The notes below the pieces were generated by a model. The model saw nothing but the letters and a program-made list of their open reading frames with translations. It made no database searches and had not been told where the DNA came from. Positions 1-10,106 of a stretch of DNA of 64,000 bases are shown in pieces (position 1 is the stretch's first letter; every line of letters begins with the position of its first letter). Both the position numbers and the translations under genes were made by a program. The stretch comes from an uncultured virus (IMG/VR IMGVR_UViG_3300035663_000008) (taxonomy: Duplodnaviria > Heunggongvirae > Uroviricota > Caudoviricetes): the IMG/VR virus record IMGVR_UViG_3300035663_000008. The stretch is one strand, 5' to 3'.

Positions 1-2
1 AA

Positions 3-1805
3 ATCGGAGTGAACACCACCACATACGCTACTTGGTTTTCATCAGTTGCCGTTGGAGACACTATTCTATACAGTCTCACGCAGGCTGATCTAACAGTAGC
101 ATCAGTAACCACTTATTCCCTGATTGGAAGGGTGATTGCAAAAGGCACTGCATCCGTAACGGTTCAGATTTTTGAAAAATATGTGCAGGACTCAGGAGTA
201 AAAAACTCTAGGTTTGAATATCCGAATGTGATTCCGTCCACATCGGGTTGGGTTGCAGCATTCGCTCCTGTTGCTAGTACCACCATTTACGATAATCTGA
301 ACAGTACACAACGAAGAGCAAACTCCGCAGCACAGCCTGTTGCTGCTGTCAGCACTGTGGCTGTTACCCATTTCAACACCCCTGATCTGCGTGGGCGATT
401 TGCTATTGGAACAAACACTTCTAATCTTGGTGAACTAGAATCGGATGGCAACAACTATTCTGCCATAGCAGGGCTGTATCCACTTGGTTCACAGGGTGGT
501 CAAGAAGCCACTCCTGCTGGTACTGGTGTACAATTGAAAGCCGACTCACCGAATGCATTTGTGACTCCTGGTACAAATGCATTGGTTCCAAATATGCCGC
601 CTTATACAGCGGTGCGGTACATCATCAAGGCAAAACCGTACACACGCGCTGCAATCATTGACGATATTGACATTCCATACGGTAATCTTCTGATACGTGA
701 TCTGCGAACACGGCTGCTCGGCGGCTCAAACAGTGATCTTGTTTTCCACACAAACACCAGCGAAGATTCTGGTTTGGGTACGGAGCGGATGCGGTTGAGT
801 ACTGCTGGCAGGCTTGGTATTGCAACCACATCTCCACGCGCATCCCTTGATGTCACCACTAGCAGTGCTGGTGTTCAGATTGCCTACGGCACCCCTTCTG
901 CCTACGCAACAATAGGAAATGATTCAAGCAACAACAGCGTCTACAATGCATGGAGCGGTCATGTTTGGCAGAATGGCGGAAACGAGCGGATGCGTATGGA
1001 TGTAGACGGAAATGTCGGAATTGGAACTATCAGTCCGGAAAGAAAACTTACTGTGGCATCTAGCACTGCCGTCAGCACTGCAATCAATATTAAAAACAGC
1101 GCGGCAACTGGCAATGGTCTTCTGCTTGAGTGTGATGCTAGTGCAAACACTTTTGTGTGGAACTACAGTCCAACTCCAATGTTGTTTGCAACGAGTGGTA
1201 TTGAGCGTGTTCGTATTGCAGCAGGCGGTAATGTTGGAATAGGACTAGGCGGCGGAGTCACTCCTCTATACAGGCTTCATGTTCAGACAGATGGACAGTT
1301 GCAGGGTCAAATTGCATTTAGCAGTTCTACTCTTGGCGGGTCTGCTATACTTGGACACGATCTAAATGGTGATGCTTTTTTCTATGAAACGGCAAACAAG
1401 TCCTTGGCAATCGGAACCAACAACACCGAAAGAATGCGAATATCTGCTGATGGTTTTGTTGGCATAGCAGCAACGCCAACATCTGCATATAGACTGTCTG
1501 TCACAGGAAAAATTTACGCAAGCGACGACATTGTGGCGTTCTCTGATGCACGATACAAGCGCGACATTTCTCCCATCGCGGATTCCCTGAACAAGGTTCG
1601 TTCGTTGGTCGGTGTCCTGTACACCGACTCTAATGGAAACAGAAAAACTGGATTGCTTGCCCAAGATGTGCAAACGGTACTTCCAGAAGCAGTTTCAACA
1701 GACGAAGCAGGCAACCTAGCCCTTGCCTACGGAAATCTGGTTGGATTGCTTGTTGAAGCGGTGAAGGAGTTGACCACGCGAGTACACGAACTAGAGAAGA
1801 GGTAA
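3..1805 (+). CDS. Tail fibre protein, 5'-truncated, with collar-like motif, four internal repeats and C-terminal intramolecular chaperone (peptidase S74-like)
   Basis: Frame is open from the window edge; FNTPDLRGRF and NMPPYTAVRYIIKA collar motifs; four ER(M/V)R...G(N/F/R)(V/L)GI units; C-terminal SDARYKRDI...GLLAQDV...PEAV...YGNLVGLLVEAVKEL. Confidence 0.85.
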   Translation: MGVNTTTYATWFSSVAVGDTILYSLTQADLTVASVTTYSLIGRVIAKGTASVTVQIFEKYVQDSGVKNSRFEYPNVIPSTSGWVAAFAPVASTTIYDNLNSTQRRANSAAQPVAAVSTVAVTHFNTPDLRGRFAIGTNTSNLGELESDGNNYSAIAGLYPLGSQGGQEATPAGTGVQLKADSPNAFVTPGTNALVPNMPPYTAVRYIIKAKPYTRAAIIDDIDIPYGNLLIRDLRTRLLGGSNSDLVFHTNTSEDSGLGTERMRLSTAGRLGIATTSPRASLDVTTSSAGVQIAYGTPSAYATIGNDSSNNSVYNAWSGHVWQNGGNERMRMDVDGNVGIGTISPERKLTVASSTAVSTAINIKNSAATGNGLLLECDASANTFVWNYSPTPMLFATSGIERVRIAAGGNVGIGLGGGVTPLYRLHVQTDGQLQGQIAFSSSTLGGSAILGHDLNGDAFFYETANKSLAIGTNNTERMRISADGFVGIAATPTSAYRLSVTGKIYASDDIVAFSDARYKRDISPIADSLNKVRSLVGVLYTDSNGNRKTGLLAQDVQTVLPEAVSTDEAGNLALAYGNLVGLLVEAVKELTTRVHELEKR

Positions 1806-1809
1806 TCTG

Positions 1810-2928
1810 ATGCCCACTCCGTCAACCGGACAGATATCAATCGGTAATATAGAAACTGAATATGGCAAATTAGCAGGAAGACCTTCTGGAATTGGGGAAT
1901 ACTCTAGATCAAGCACTGGTGCCCCTAATGCTGCCGAAGGAATCCCTATTACAGGCGAAGTAAAATTTTCTGATTTTCTAGGAAAGATTGCACACCCTGA
2001 TGCGCGAGAGTGTGGTGCTATACTAACTCGTGGAATTTTACAGCACCCTTTTGGTGGATCGGCTATTGGTTCTGTCTGGTCACACCCGGGTCAAAGTCCA
2101 ACTTCGGTTAAAAACTTTGCTCTCGCTTGCGGACGGTCGGCAGTTGACAATGCCAATGGAAATTTTTCAACGACCGCAAATTTTTCTACATCTGTTTCGG
2201 GATCAACAAGTGCTACTGGATTTCTTGGGATAAAAGGAGGAGAAGCGGAGCAAAACACTGTTGTATGGGTGGCAATAGGGAAAGCAAACGGTAGTCCCGC
2301 AAAACTTTACGATACCCGTGTAAATGGAATTGCGGTCACACCAAATTATAGTCCTGCCGCAATTGACACTGGTTCTGGATACCTTCCTGTTGGTGACTAT
2401 CCGTCATTCAATCACACAGCAAAGGCATCTATAGCAGCATACAATACCTCTGCTGGTCAACTTATAACTTCCGTTCTAAATGCATCACATACTCAACCAA
2501 CGAACATGAATGGGCAGGGTTCTGGAGATAGAGACTCGCATTCTCATGCTTCAATATTTTTGCTGCCAAATAGATGGCAGGCTGTGAGCAGCACGCTCTT
2601 CGGAGTGAGTGCAGGAGTTGTTGAGATTGGTGCGTTTGATGTTGTTGTGGTTGCGTGGGCAGGAAACGAATCTCAATCGTATCCTTCGGTTCCATTTGAA
2701 AGCAACAGTGGTGGAACAAGAATAAATGGTGGTATTACTTTGACTAGACTGTATCAGAGTCAACGTGCTTCTAGGGGTTTTACTGCAATCAGTCTTTATC
2801 TTAATCCCTCTTCGTCTACCAAATACTTTTCTTTTGCGAACGCAACGTGGAAGGCATATGTGACCCTGTTTCGGTTTGTTGGTGACGGATATCTAACCTC
2901 TCTGCGGGACGATATTTCATACACATGA
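1810..2928 (+). CDS. Tail fibre-associated / virion protein
   Basis: N-terminus MPTPSTGQISIGNIETEYG...GEVKFSDFLG resembles proteins that follow S74-chaperone fibres; Gly/Ser/Thr-rich. Confidence 0.6.
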   Translation: MPTPSTGQISIGNIETEYGKLAGRPSGIGEYSRSSTGAPNAAEGIPITGEVKFSDFLGKIAHPDARECGAILTRGILQHPFGGSAIGSVWSHPGQSPTSVKNFALACGRSAVDNANGNFSTTANFSTSVSGSTSATGFLGIKGGEAEQNTVVWVAIGKANGSPAKLYDTRVNGIAVTPNYSPAAIDTGSGYLPVGDYPSFNHTAKASIAAYNTSAGQLITSVLNASHTQPTNMNGQGSGDRDSHSHASIFLLPNRWQAVSSTLFGVSAGVVEIGAFDVVVVAWAGNESQSYPSVPFESNSGGTRINGGITLTRLYQSQRASRGFTAISLYLNPSSSTKYFSFANATWKAYVTLFRFVGDGYLTSLRDDISYT

Positions 2929-3003
2929 ATAACTGTACACGCCGATATATCAGCAGAGAACAAAAGTCATTTATTGGTGACGGCTACATGACCTCTCTGA
3001 TCG

Positions 3004-3011
3004 TATAAATA
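3004..3011 (+). promoter_or_regulatory. T4-type late promoter TATAAATA
   Basis: Exact T4 gp55 consensus, intergenic, 30 nt before ATG 3042. Confidence 0.75.
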
Positions 3012-3041
3012 CAACGAAAAGCGTACACCACAGGGGAATCC

Positions 3042-6000
3042 ATGTCATCAGCAATCACAGTATCCACAAATCCGTTCATAGAGTCTTTGAATGTGGTGAA
3101 TTCCGGTGACTCGGTTACGATATATCTGTCTCCTGGTGGAAGCGACTCGGGAACTGGAAGTTTAGAGTCTCCGTTTGCAACCCTTTCTCGCGCTTGGCAA
3201 CGAGCACAGGAGTACACCATTTACGGTGATGGTGTGTTGTTTGTGACTTTTCTTGGTGGAACGTACTCGTTCACGGATTCTTCGGTTCCAAGCAATCTAT
3301 ACCACCCACAAGGCAGCAATATCATTATTCAGGGCGATCCGTCTGCCATCAAGCAACGGTATCTGTGGCGCGTAAAAGACTATTCGTGGGACATCAGCAA
3401 TATTTCTGCTCACGGACACACAGGCACGGTTAATCTCACAACTCTGACAGCATTAAACAATGACGCTTCGGGTCACACGCACGGATACAGTGCTTCAGAC
3501 ACAAACGGGTGGGCAGTAATATCCAACCCAAGCATTAGTTCGCATGGAAATTCGCAGTACTCGTATTGGGACAGCACAAAAAATGTGTACTGGTCTGGTC
3601 TTGACGTTCACGGCGGAGTGACTGCATCCGACATTTACGCCAATATGTTTTTCAATCACGGGTATTCGTATGAGGGTGCGCTTGCAGCACTTGGACTTGT
3701 GCAAATACTTGATGCAACAAGCACAACAGATTTAAAGATTGCGTTCAAGACTGCGAATTTTGATCCCCGTGTACCTGTTTTTGCGCCCCACACGCCTGGT
3801 TCGATTTCTAGTGGTGTAGGGAATTCCACCAGTTGGCACGGAGTCGCAAGCAATTATCCGTCCAATCGTTTGAATGATCCGTCTGGTTTCTATGGTGAGC
3901 CAAGCGGAACGGTTTGGGGATCGGACGGATCCAATCAGTATCCGTCCAAATCGTCTCTTGCGTCTACGGATCGTCACATCAGTGATCAGCCTTTCTTGAT
4001 GACAAACTTCCCTGTGGTAATAGAGAAGAGTGGCAAGAAGCCTATATTCTCGGTGACAAACGGAACCATTCGTGCAATTCAAAACATCATGGGTGTTGCA
4101 CAGGCGTATGCTTCTCCAAACATCAGTGAAAAGAAAACCAAGTCTTTGTCTGGACTTTTCCCTGCCACCTCACACCTCAATCCTGACGCAGACACCACAT
4201 CGTGGTTTTCTGCTCTTTTGCAGGTTGAAAATTCTAAAGTAGGAATACGGCACTTGGGCGTGTATCACGCTGAAACGGGTGTGCAGGCAACAAATTCAAC
4301 AGTGTACACGTACTCCCCATCAAATCTGTCTGCTGCATGGGCAAGCGGCAGTGAGTACAGTGTTGCTGCACTAGGGTCTATTTCAAACACACCAGTTCTT
4401 ACGGCGTACAATGTTAAACGGGCAGTAAACGCTTACGGTTCAAAAGTAGAGTTGGGATACGAACCAGGTGCTGATCGCGGAGTATCTGAAACTCATACCG
4501 TTGAACAAGGCTGTTACATACAGCACTCGTACAACGCATTGAATGCCGAAAACGGTTCTGCGGTTTCTGTTCGTGGAGCAGTGATCAGCAGTGTGTCACA
4601 GTCGTGTTTGCCAATATTTTCGTTTCAGGTTCGCGTTCCGGTGTTTGCTGGCGCAACAGCGGCGAATTCGACCCAACGCTGTTTTGTCTATCCTCCTGTG
4701 TGGGGCGGCAGCGAGAGCAGCGGTTACTACAGCGGATTCCAAAACACCTACAACGGTGGAGCGGTTCTTTTCAAGCGTGGCAGCACAGGAATAACGCTTG
4801 GATACATTGTTTCCATTGGCGGCGGAGGAACATACGCAGAGTCTGGACAGTACTCTGTGACTTATGAGGGCGGTGCGGTCACTCCGCAGTACTGGCAAAC
4901 GCTGAATATTTGGGGATATCGTGCAGGAAGCATAAATGGACTTACTTACTGTTTTGATGGCGACATACGTAACAATTCGGTGGTTGGACTCGGGACGAGC
5001 GGAAACACTCTTGAGTTTGTTGCTTTTTCTGCAAACAATGAGTCGGGTCTGACAGCAGGAAAACTAGAAATCGGCTACCGTGCAGTTTCTATTCACACTG
5101 CTGGAGTAACTGCATATATTGGAACAACCACGGGCAGTGCAGACTATCCTGTAGTGTCGTATTCTAATGTTGGTTCTGTTTGGAATGAAAATAACAGAAA
5201 CTCTACAGTTCGTGTAAGTGGAAACTCTAGTCTAACAGTACGAAAGCACATGAGCATCGTGGGTGGAGAGGAATCGGCTATTTCTGTTCAGGACCGATCA
5301 GTTTTGCTTGCTGGGTTGAACACAAACAGCACATCCACAAATCCTTCTCGCACCTCTGCCATTTTGTTGAATGGATGTGGTTTGTACGGAATACTGTGCC
5401 AAAACAACTCGGTGGCAAACATTGGAACCCTTTTGGTTAAAAACGGAAAGGGTCAGTACGGAACAGGTGAACTGTGCGCTTCGGTTGGTGTTCATTGCAC
5501 AGACTCTTCGCACGTGAACTTGTGTGATCCTTATGGACTGATGGTAATGGTGTTTGCTCCAGTAAGCACAGTCGGTGCATGGATTGCAAACACTCAAACT
5601 GGAAATGTGGAAGTTGGTTCTGTGGTGTATCCTTCTCAAATGCAACAGACAGTTTTGGAGGCACGATCAAATTCTACAATTCAAAAGGCTCCTGGTTACG
5701 TGATAGTTTCTGCTTTTGATGGCGGGTCCGTGCAGGAACAGACGGCAATTAACAACACAAAGTCGCTTGGGTTGTATAAAAACGGATACTCGTCCACAAT
5801 TGGAGGCTTTTCACTGATTGGTGGCACAAGCGATTCCAATGTTTCTGCCAGTCGGGTTTCTCACATATGGGCAGCAAACACCGGTACTGTGATGACACGC
5901 GGAAACTGGAAATACGGTGTAGCAACAGGAAATCAGTATTATCAGTGGTGGAAAACTTCAGGAACTAAACCATCTGCTGGTGGTGGCAGAACCGCAGGAG

Positions 6001-6242
6001 TGTGGTCTACATCAGGCGAAAATGTGCGTAAAGTCGGGTGGGGAATGATAGCAGAACACGCTTTGTCTTCATCAAGTCAGATGCTTGTATCCACTGGTAA
6101 AACTACTGTTGGCGGTCTAACTTACGCTGGTGTTCCAATCGGAAGCAATCCGTACAGCATTGTAGGAGCATCAAATGCACTACAAACCACAACAGATTCG
6201 TACATCTACAGCAGTCCTGCATCAACAACCACATCCATCTAA
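3042..6242 (+). CDS. Large virion protein, probable beta-helix tailspike/adhesin (1066 aa)
   Basis: IYLSPGGSDSGTGSLESPFATLSRAWQRA is the typical N-terminal cap of right-handed beta-helix proteins; Ser/Gly/Asn-rich; late promoter upstream. Confidence 0.6.
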   Translation: MSSAITVSTNPFIESLNVVNSGDSVTIYLSPGGSDSGTGSLESPFATLSRAWQRAQEYTIYGDGVLFVTFLGGTYSFTDSSVPSNLYHPQGSNIIIQGDPSAIKQRYLWRVKDYSWDISNISAHGHTGTVNLTTLTALNNDASGHTHGYSASDTNGWAVISNPSISSHGNSQYSYWDSTKNVYWSGLDVHGGVTASDIYANMFFNHGYSYEGALAALGLVQILDATSTTDLKIAFKTANFDPRVPVFAPHTPGSISSGVGNSTSWHGVASNYPSNRLNDPSGFYGEPSGTVWGSDGSNQYPSKSSLASTDRHISDQPFLMTNFPVVIEKSGKKPIFSVTNGTIRAIQNIMGVAQAYASPNISEKKTKSLSGLFPATSHLNPDADTTSWFSALLQVENSKVGIRHLGVYHAETGVQATNSTVYTYSPSNLSAAWASGSEYSVAALGSISNTPVLTAYNVKRAVNAYGSKVELGYEPGADRGVSETHTVEQGCYIQHSYNALNAENGSAVSVRGAVISSVSQSCLPIFSFQVRVPVFAGATAANSTQRCFVYPPVWGGSESSGYYSGFQNTYNGGAVLFKRGSTGITLGYIVSIGGGGTYAESGQYSVTYEGGAVTPQYWQTLNIWGYRAGSINGLTYCFDGDIRNNSVVGLGTSGNTLEFVAFSANNESGLTAGKLEIGYRAVSIHTAGVTAYIGTTTGSADYPVVSYSNVGSVWNENNRNSTVRVSGNSSLTVRKHMSIVGGEESAISVQDRSVLLAGLNTNSTSTNPSRTSAILLNGCGLYGILCQNNSVANIGTLLVKNGKGQYGTGELCASVGVHCTDSSHVNLCDPYGLMVMVFAPVSTVGAWIANTQTGNVEVGSVVYPSQMQQTVLEARSNSTIQKAPGYVIVSAFDGGSVQEQTAINNTKSLGLYKNGYSSTIGGFSLIGGTSDSNVSASRVSHIWAANTGTVMTRGNWKYGVATGNQYYQWWKTSGTKPSAGGGRTAGVWSTSGENVRKVGWGMIAEHALSSSSQMLVSTGKTTVGGLTYAGVPIGSNPYSIVGASNALQTTTDSYIYSSPASTTTSI

Positions 6243-6259
6243 CCCAACCGCTTACACCA

Positions 6260-8125
6260 ATGACAAACAAACTACTACTAGTAAATTCTGTAACGGGACT
6301 GGTCGAAGACACGATTTATCCGTTTGATGCTTCTTCGTTTCAGGCAAACGACTACTTGGGACAGATTCCTTATGTGGTTGACGCTAGTTTTTCTCCTCTG
6401 TCTGCCCAAACCACTATTGCTAGAATTGATGGGACAACGGCTTCTGTAACTGTATCATTGCCTCCACAAACAGAGCAGAAAATAACAGGAACCGTGTACG
6501 GTAAGTTTTCTTCGGGCGAGTTGGCGTTTCAGAGTCCAATCACGGCAACCGTAGTAAATGTGTACACATCTGGAGGAATAACGGATTCTGCATATACTCC
6601 TGTTGTGGCAGAAAACATTGGCGGAGGAACGATTAAAGGAAACGCTGGATTTAGATGTGCACAATTTGCTGGCTCTCCAATTTTGTCGGAATCTGCTGGC
6701 GCAATAACAGTGAACGATTACACCTATTCGGTGGGCGCAACACTTGACCATTTATTGGTGTCTGGATTTCTGTATATGGATGAAGACCCATCTGGATACT
6801 ATGATCCAATTGTGGTGGCAAAAGTGCAGGGTGGCACGGTGGATTCGGTGAACGATTCGTTTTTGATGGAATACGACAACAGCAGCAAGAAGTTTCAGTT
6901 AAAGGTGGCGGATCAAGGCAGAACTCTTGCGGGTTTTGTTGCAACCGTTGTTGATGCTTCTACTTCAAACAGCAGTTCTGTTCTTCTTGGATCGTGGCAT
7001 CACTTTGCGTTCGCGTACAGCAATTCTGGAGGATCTGGTTGTGTGTCTACTTACTGGAATGGCAACAGAATTGGTCAGATAACAGGTTTGTCTGGCTCTT
7101 TCCGAAGAACTTCTGCTCCTTTTTCTGTGGGTGGCGGTCCCTCTGGTGCGTATCCGTTCAAGGGTTACATAGACAACCTCATTATTAGCGGGGGAACTTC
7201 ATCTGCTGCTCTTCGCGGAATTGGTCACGGAACAACCTACACGGTTCCAACAGAAAACCAAGAGGCGGGACAGTACACTATTGCTGCACTAAGCATGGAC
7301 GGACCAGTTGGCACATCGTATTTTCCGTGTGATGTGTCCGCAAAAGTACTGTCTAACATTGGTCACCTTTCGGCTGTGAGGAATACTTCATCAGACTTAC
7401 TGTACACAGGAAACATTGTTACGGTACAGGATACCGTTCACGGCGTAACAGTTTTTGCGGGTGTGTGTTCGGGTCATGCTGTACACGGTGTGTGTGGTGC
7501 TGGACCTATATTTGGATACGAAAGTGGAGCGTGCTGTGTTGTTTCTGGTGTGGAACAGTTGCTCACTGTTGCTCAAGCACGCTCCGCAAAATCGCAACTA
7601 GTAGACAACACCCTTTACTTTCTGCTTGGTGTAACTAGTGGCATGAACGGAACCACTGGTGCGTCTGGAGATTTTCCAAATCTATATTCCGGACACTACA
7701 CCGCAGGGTCTTTTAGTTTTGTTCCCACCAAGTACAATATTGATACTCTCCGAAGCCTGAATGACTACGTTGTTGGCTCGGGAAATAGCGGCGAACAGTT
7801 CAACATACAGACGGCAGAAGGAGTAACCGTAACCATGTCGGGGACAGCGATCACCAAACTGTACCTTGATGCGGTCACGTACTACTCTGCTGCGTATCAG
7901 GACACTGCCTCGGTTCGTTCTGCCGTGCTTGGAAGCAGCACCATTTCATCAGTGCGGTCAATTCCTGGTCTTACACGACCTTCATTTGTTCAGAAACTGG
8001 CTCCGTTTAGTGGATCTCAGTATCCAGACATCGTGCTAAATCCTGAAAGCAAAGTCACAAAAACCTACAACCGCTCCGAAAGCAGGTACACCACGAATCC
8101 AAGAGGAATCTTATCATTGAAATAA
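6260..8125 (+). CDS. Virion protein with LamG/concanavalin A-like lectin domain
   Basis: WHHFAFAY...TYWNG...FSVGG...FKGYIDNLIIS LamG-3 pattern. Confidence 0.7.
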   Translation: MTNKLLLVNSVTGLVEDTIYPFDASSFQANDYLGQIPYVVDASFSPLSAQTTIARIDGTTASVTVSLPPQTEQKITGTVYGKFSSGELAFQSPITATVVNVYTSGGITDSAYTPVVAENIGGGTIKGNAGFRCAQFAGSPILSESAGAITVNDYTYSVGATLDHLLVSGFLYMDEDPSGYYDPIVVAKVQGGTVDSVNDSFLMEYDNSSKKFQLKVADQGRTLAGFVATVVDASTSNSSSVLLGSWHHFAFAYSNSGGSGCVSTYWNGNRIGQITGLSGSFRRTSAPFSVGGGPSGAYPFKGYIDNLIISGGTSSAALRGIGHGTTYTVPTENQEAGQYTIAALSMDGPVGTSYFPCDVSAKVLSNIGHLSAVRNTSSDLLYTGNIVTVQDTVHGVTVFAGVCSGHAVHGVCGAGPIFGYESGACCVVSGVEQLLTVAQARSAKSQLVDNTLYFLLGVTSGMNGTTGASGDFPNLYSGHYTAGSFSFVPTKYNIDTLRSLNDYVVGSGNSGEQFNIQTAEGVTVTMSGTAITKLYLDAVTYYSAAYQDTASVRSAVLGSSTISSVRSIPGLTRPSFVQKLAPFSGSQYPDIVLNPESKVTKTYNRSESRYTTNPRGILSLK

Positions 8126-8145
8126 ACTTTGGGGGATAATGAGTC

Positions 8146-8418
8146 GTGCAATTAATACACTACGGAATGGAAGGGCAGATTACAGTAAACGGAAGATGTT
8201 ATCCCATGCAACACTTCCTGAAGTTTTTGCCTGATTACTCGGTTCCTTTTGGGTTTCATACTAGAATTTACAAACGCGAATCCGCACACTACATAACAGA
8301 TGGAGCAAACACTCTGTATTTGCCTAAAGTGTGTCCGTATTGTGACGATATCTGCGAACGAGAAGGCGAACTTGCACGATTGTCTGTACGATTACAAGCA
8401 GAAGAGAACGGAAGGTAA
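8146..8418 (+). CDS. Hypothetical protein (90 aa)
   Basis: Fills the gap between 8125 and gp13 on the coding strand; CPYCxxxC motif. Confidence 0.5.
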   Translation: MQLIHYGMEGQITVNGRCYPMQHFLKFLPDYSVPFGFHTRIYKRESAHYITDGANTLYLPKVCPYCDDICEREGELARLSVRLQAEENGR

Positions 8419-8430
8419 TACCCTGTTCTT

Positions 8431-8437
8431 CTAAATA
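8431..8437 (+). promoter_or_regulatory. Late promoter variant CTAAATA
   Basis: Intergenic, before gp13 RBS GGAGGA. Confidence 0.65.
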
Positions 8438-8454
8438 GTTTAGTGGAGGAACAG

Positions 8455-9219
8455 ATGGCTAGACCAACAACCCGACAAGAGTTCAAGGAATACTGCCTAC
8501 GCGCTCTTGGTGCGCCTGTTATTGAGATCAATGTGGACGATTCCCAAGTGGAAGACCGTATTGATCAGGCTATCCAATACTTCAACGACTGGAACTCGCT
8601 TGGTATGCAGCGTCAGTACTGGAAGTATCAGATCACGCAGCAGGACATTACCAATCAGTACATTGACACGAACTCCCTTGATCCAAATGGACCGCAGATT
8701 GCAAACATCACGAGGGTGTTTCAGATCGGCTTCAACCTACAGATCAACAACATCTTCAATATTCGCTATCAGATGGCACTGACGGATTTCTATGGACTCC
8801 GCACAGGTAACATGAACATGAACTACTATGTGTCCACGATGCAATACATTGAGATGTTGCAGCAACTGCTTGATCCTGAAAAGCAGATTCGGTTCAACAA
8901 GTACAAGAACAAGTTGCAGATAGACATGAACTGGACGGATTTTGCGCCTGATCAGTACATTTTGGTTGAGGGATTTGCCGTAGTGAATCCCGAGGAGTAC
9001 AGCGAGGCATGGAACGATCCCATGCTGAAGAAGTACGCCACCGCTCTCATCAAGCAGCAGTGGGGAGCAAACCTGTCCAAATTTGAAGGCATTCCCATGC
9101 CAGGCAACATTACATTCAATGGACAGAGGCTGTACGAGGAAGCCACCACAGCAATACAAAACATTGAAGAAGAGGTTCTGCTGAAGTATCAAGAGCCGCC
9201 TGACTTCATCACGGGATAA
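8455..9219 (+). CDS. gp13: Neck protein gp13
   Basis: KEYCLRALGAPVIEINVDDSQVEDRID...KQQWGANLSKFEG; synteny. Confidence 0.93.
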   Translation: MARPTTRQEFKEYCLRALGAPVIEINVDDSQVEDRIDQAIQYFNDWNSLGMQRQYWKYQITQQDITNQYIDTNSLDPNGPQIANITRVFQIGFNLQINNIFNIRYQMALTDFYGLRTGNMNMNYYVSTMQYIEMLQQLLDPEKQIRFNKYKNKLQIDMNWTDFAPDQYILVEGFAVVNPEEYSEAWNDPMLKKYATALIKQQWGANLSKFEGIPMPGNITFNGQRLYEEATTAIQNIEEEVLLKYQEPPDFITG

Positions 9220-9221
9220 CC

Positions 9222-10106
9222 ATGACAGTTAATCCGTATTTTCGCAGGAACAAAAAAGGTGAGCAGTCGCTCATTGAATCACTCACGACCGAGGCGATCA
9301 AGATTCACGGTCATGAGATGGTGTACATTCCACGCGAGAAGGTGACGGAAGACCTCATTCTCGGAGAAGAGGTTTCAGAGTTTTTGGATGCGAACCGCAT
9401 AGAGATGTACCTTGAGAACGCGGATGGATTTGAAGGCGACTCCGAGATGTCGCGGTTCGGTCTTGATGTAAAGGATTCAGCCACATTCATCGTGTCCCGT
9501 AAGCGGTTCATGGATGTGATGGGACACCATCCCGAGATTCAGAAGAACGGTCGCCCCCGCGAAGGCGACATCATATTCTTTGATTACCCGTACTCCATGA
9601 TGGAAATCAAGTTTGTGAAGCACGACAACCCGTTCTATCCAGGCGGTGATCGGTATTCGTTCAAGTTGAGTTGTGAAGCCTTCAAGTATTCCAGTGAGAA
9701 GATAGACACTGGCGAGTCTCAATTGGATGCGGTCATGAACATTGCATCGGATTATCTAATCGGCATCACGCTTGGCGGCGGCTCGGGAACATATACTCTC
9801 GGAGAAGAGGTCTACACAGGAACCACCGCAGACAAGCACGCCTACGGGCGCGTCAACGAGTACACCGATCCCATCATTAGTTCCAAATCCATGCGGGTCA
9901 ATATGCAAGAAGGTGCGTTTGAGATCGGTGACATCCTTGTGGGACTCGTCAGCGGTGCGTCTTACGCCATTGCTGGCATCTACGAAACCACGATCCGCGC
10001 CACGCATCAACAGCAGCAGGACAATGAGCAATTGGAACTTGAGCAGAAGCGTGACAACATCTTTGATTTCACTGAAAATGATCCTTTCAGTGAGGGAGGT
10101 TACTGA
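9222..10106 (+). CDS. gp14: Neck protein gp14
   Basis: EQSLIESLTTEAIKIHG, RPREGDIIFF, terminal DFTENDPFSE. Confidence 0.92.
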   Translation: MTVNPYFRRNKKGEQSLIESLTTEAIKIHGHEMVYIPREKVTEDLILGEEVSEFLDANRIEMYLENADGFEGDSEMSRFGLDVKDSATFIVSRKRFMDVMGHHPEIQKNGRPREGDIIFFDYPYSMMEIKFVKHDNPFYPGGDRYSFKLSCEAFKYSSEKIDTGESQLDAVMNIASDYLIGITLGGGSGTYTLGEEVYTGTTADKHAYGRVNEYTDPIISSKSMRVNMQEGAFEIGDILVGLVSGASYAIAGIYETTIRATHQQQQDNEQLELEQKRDNIFDFTENDPFSEGGY

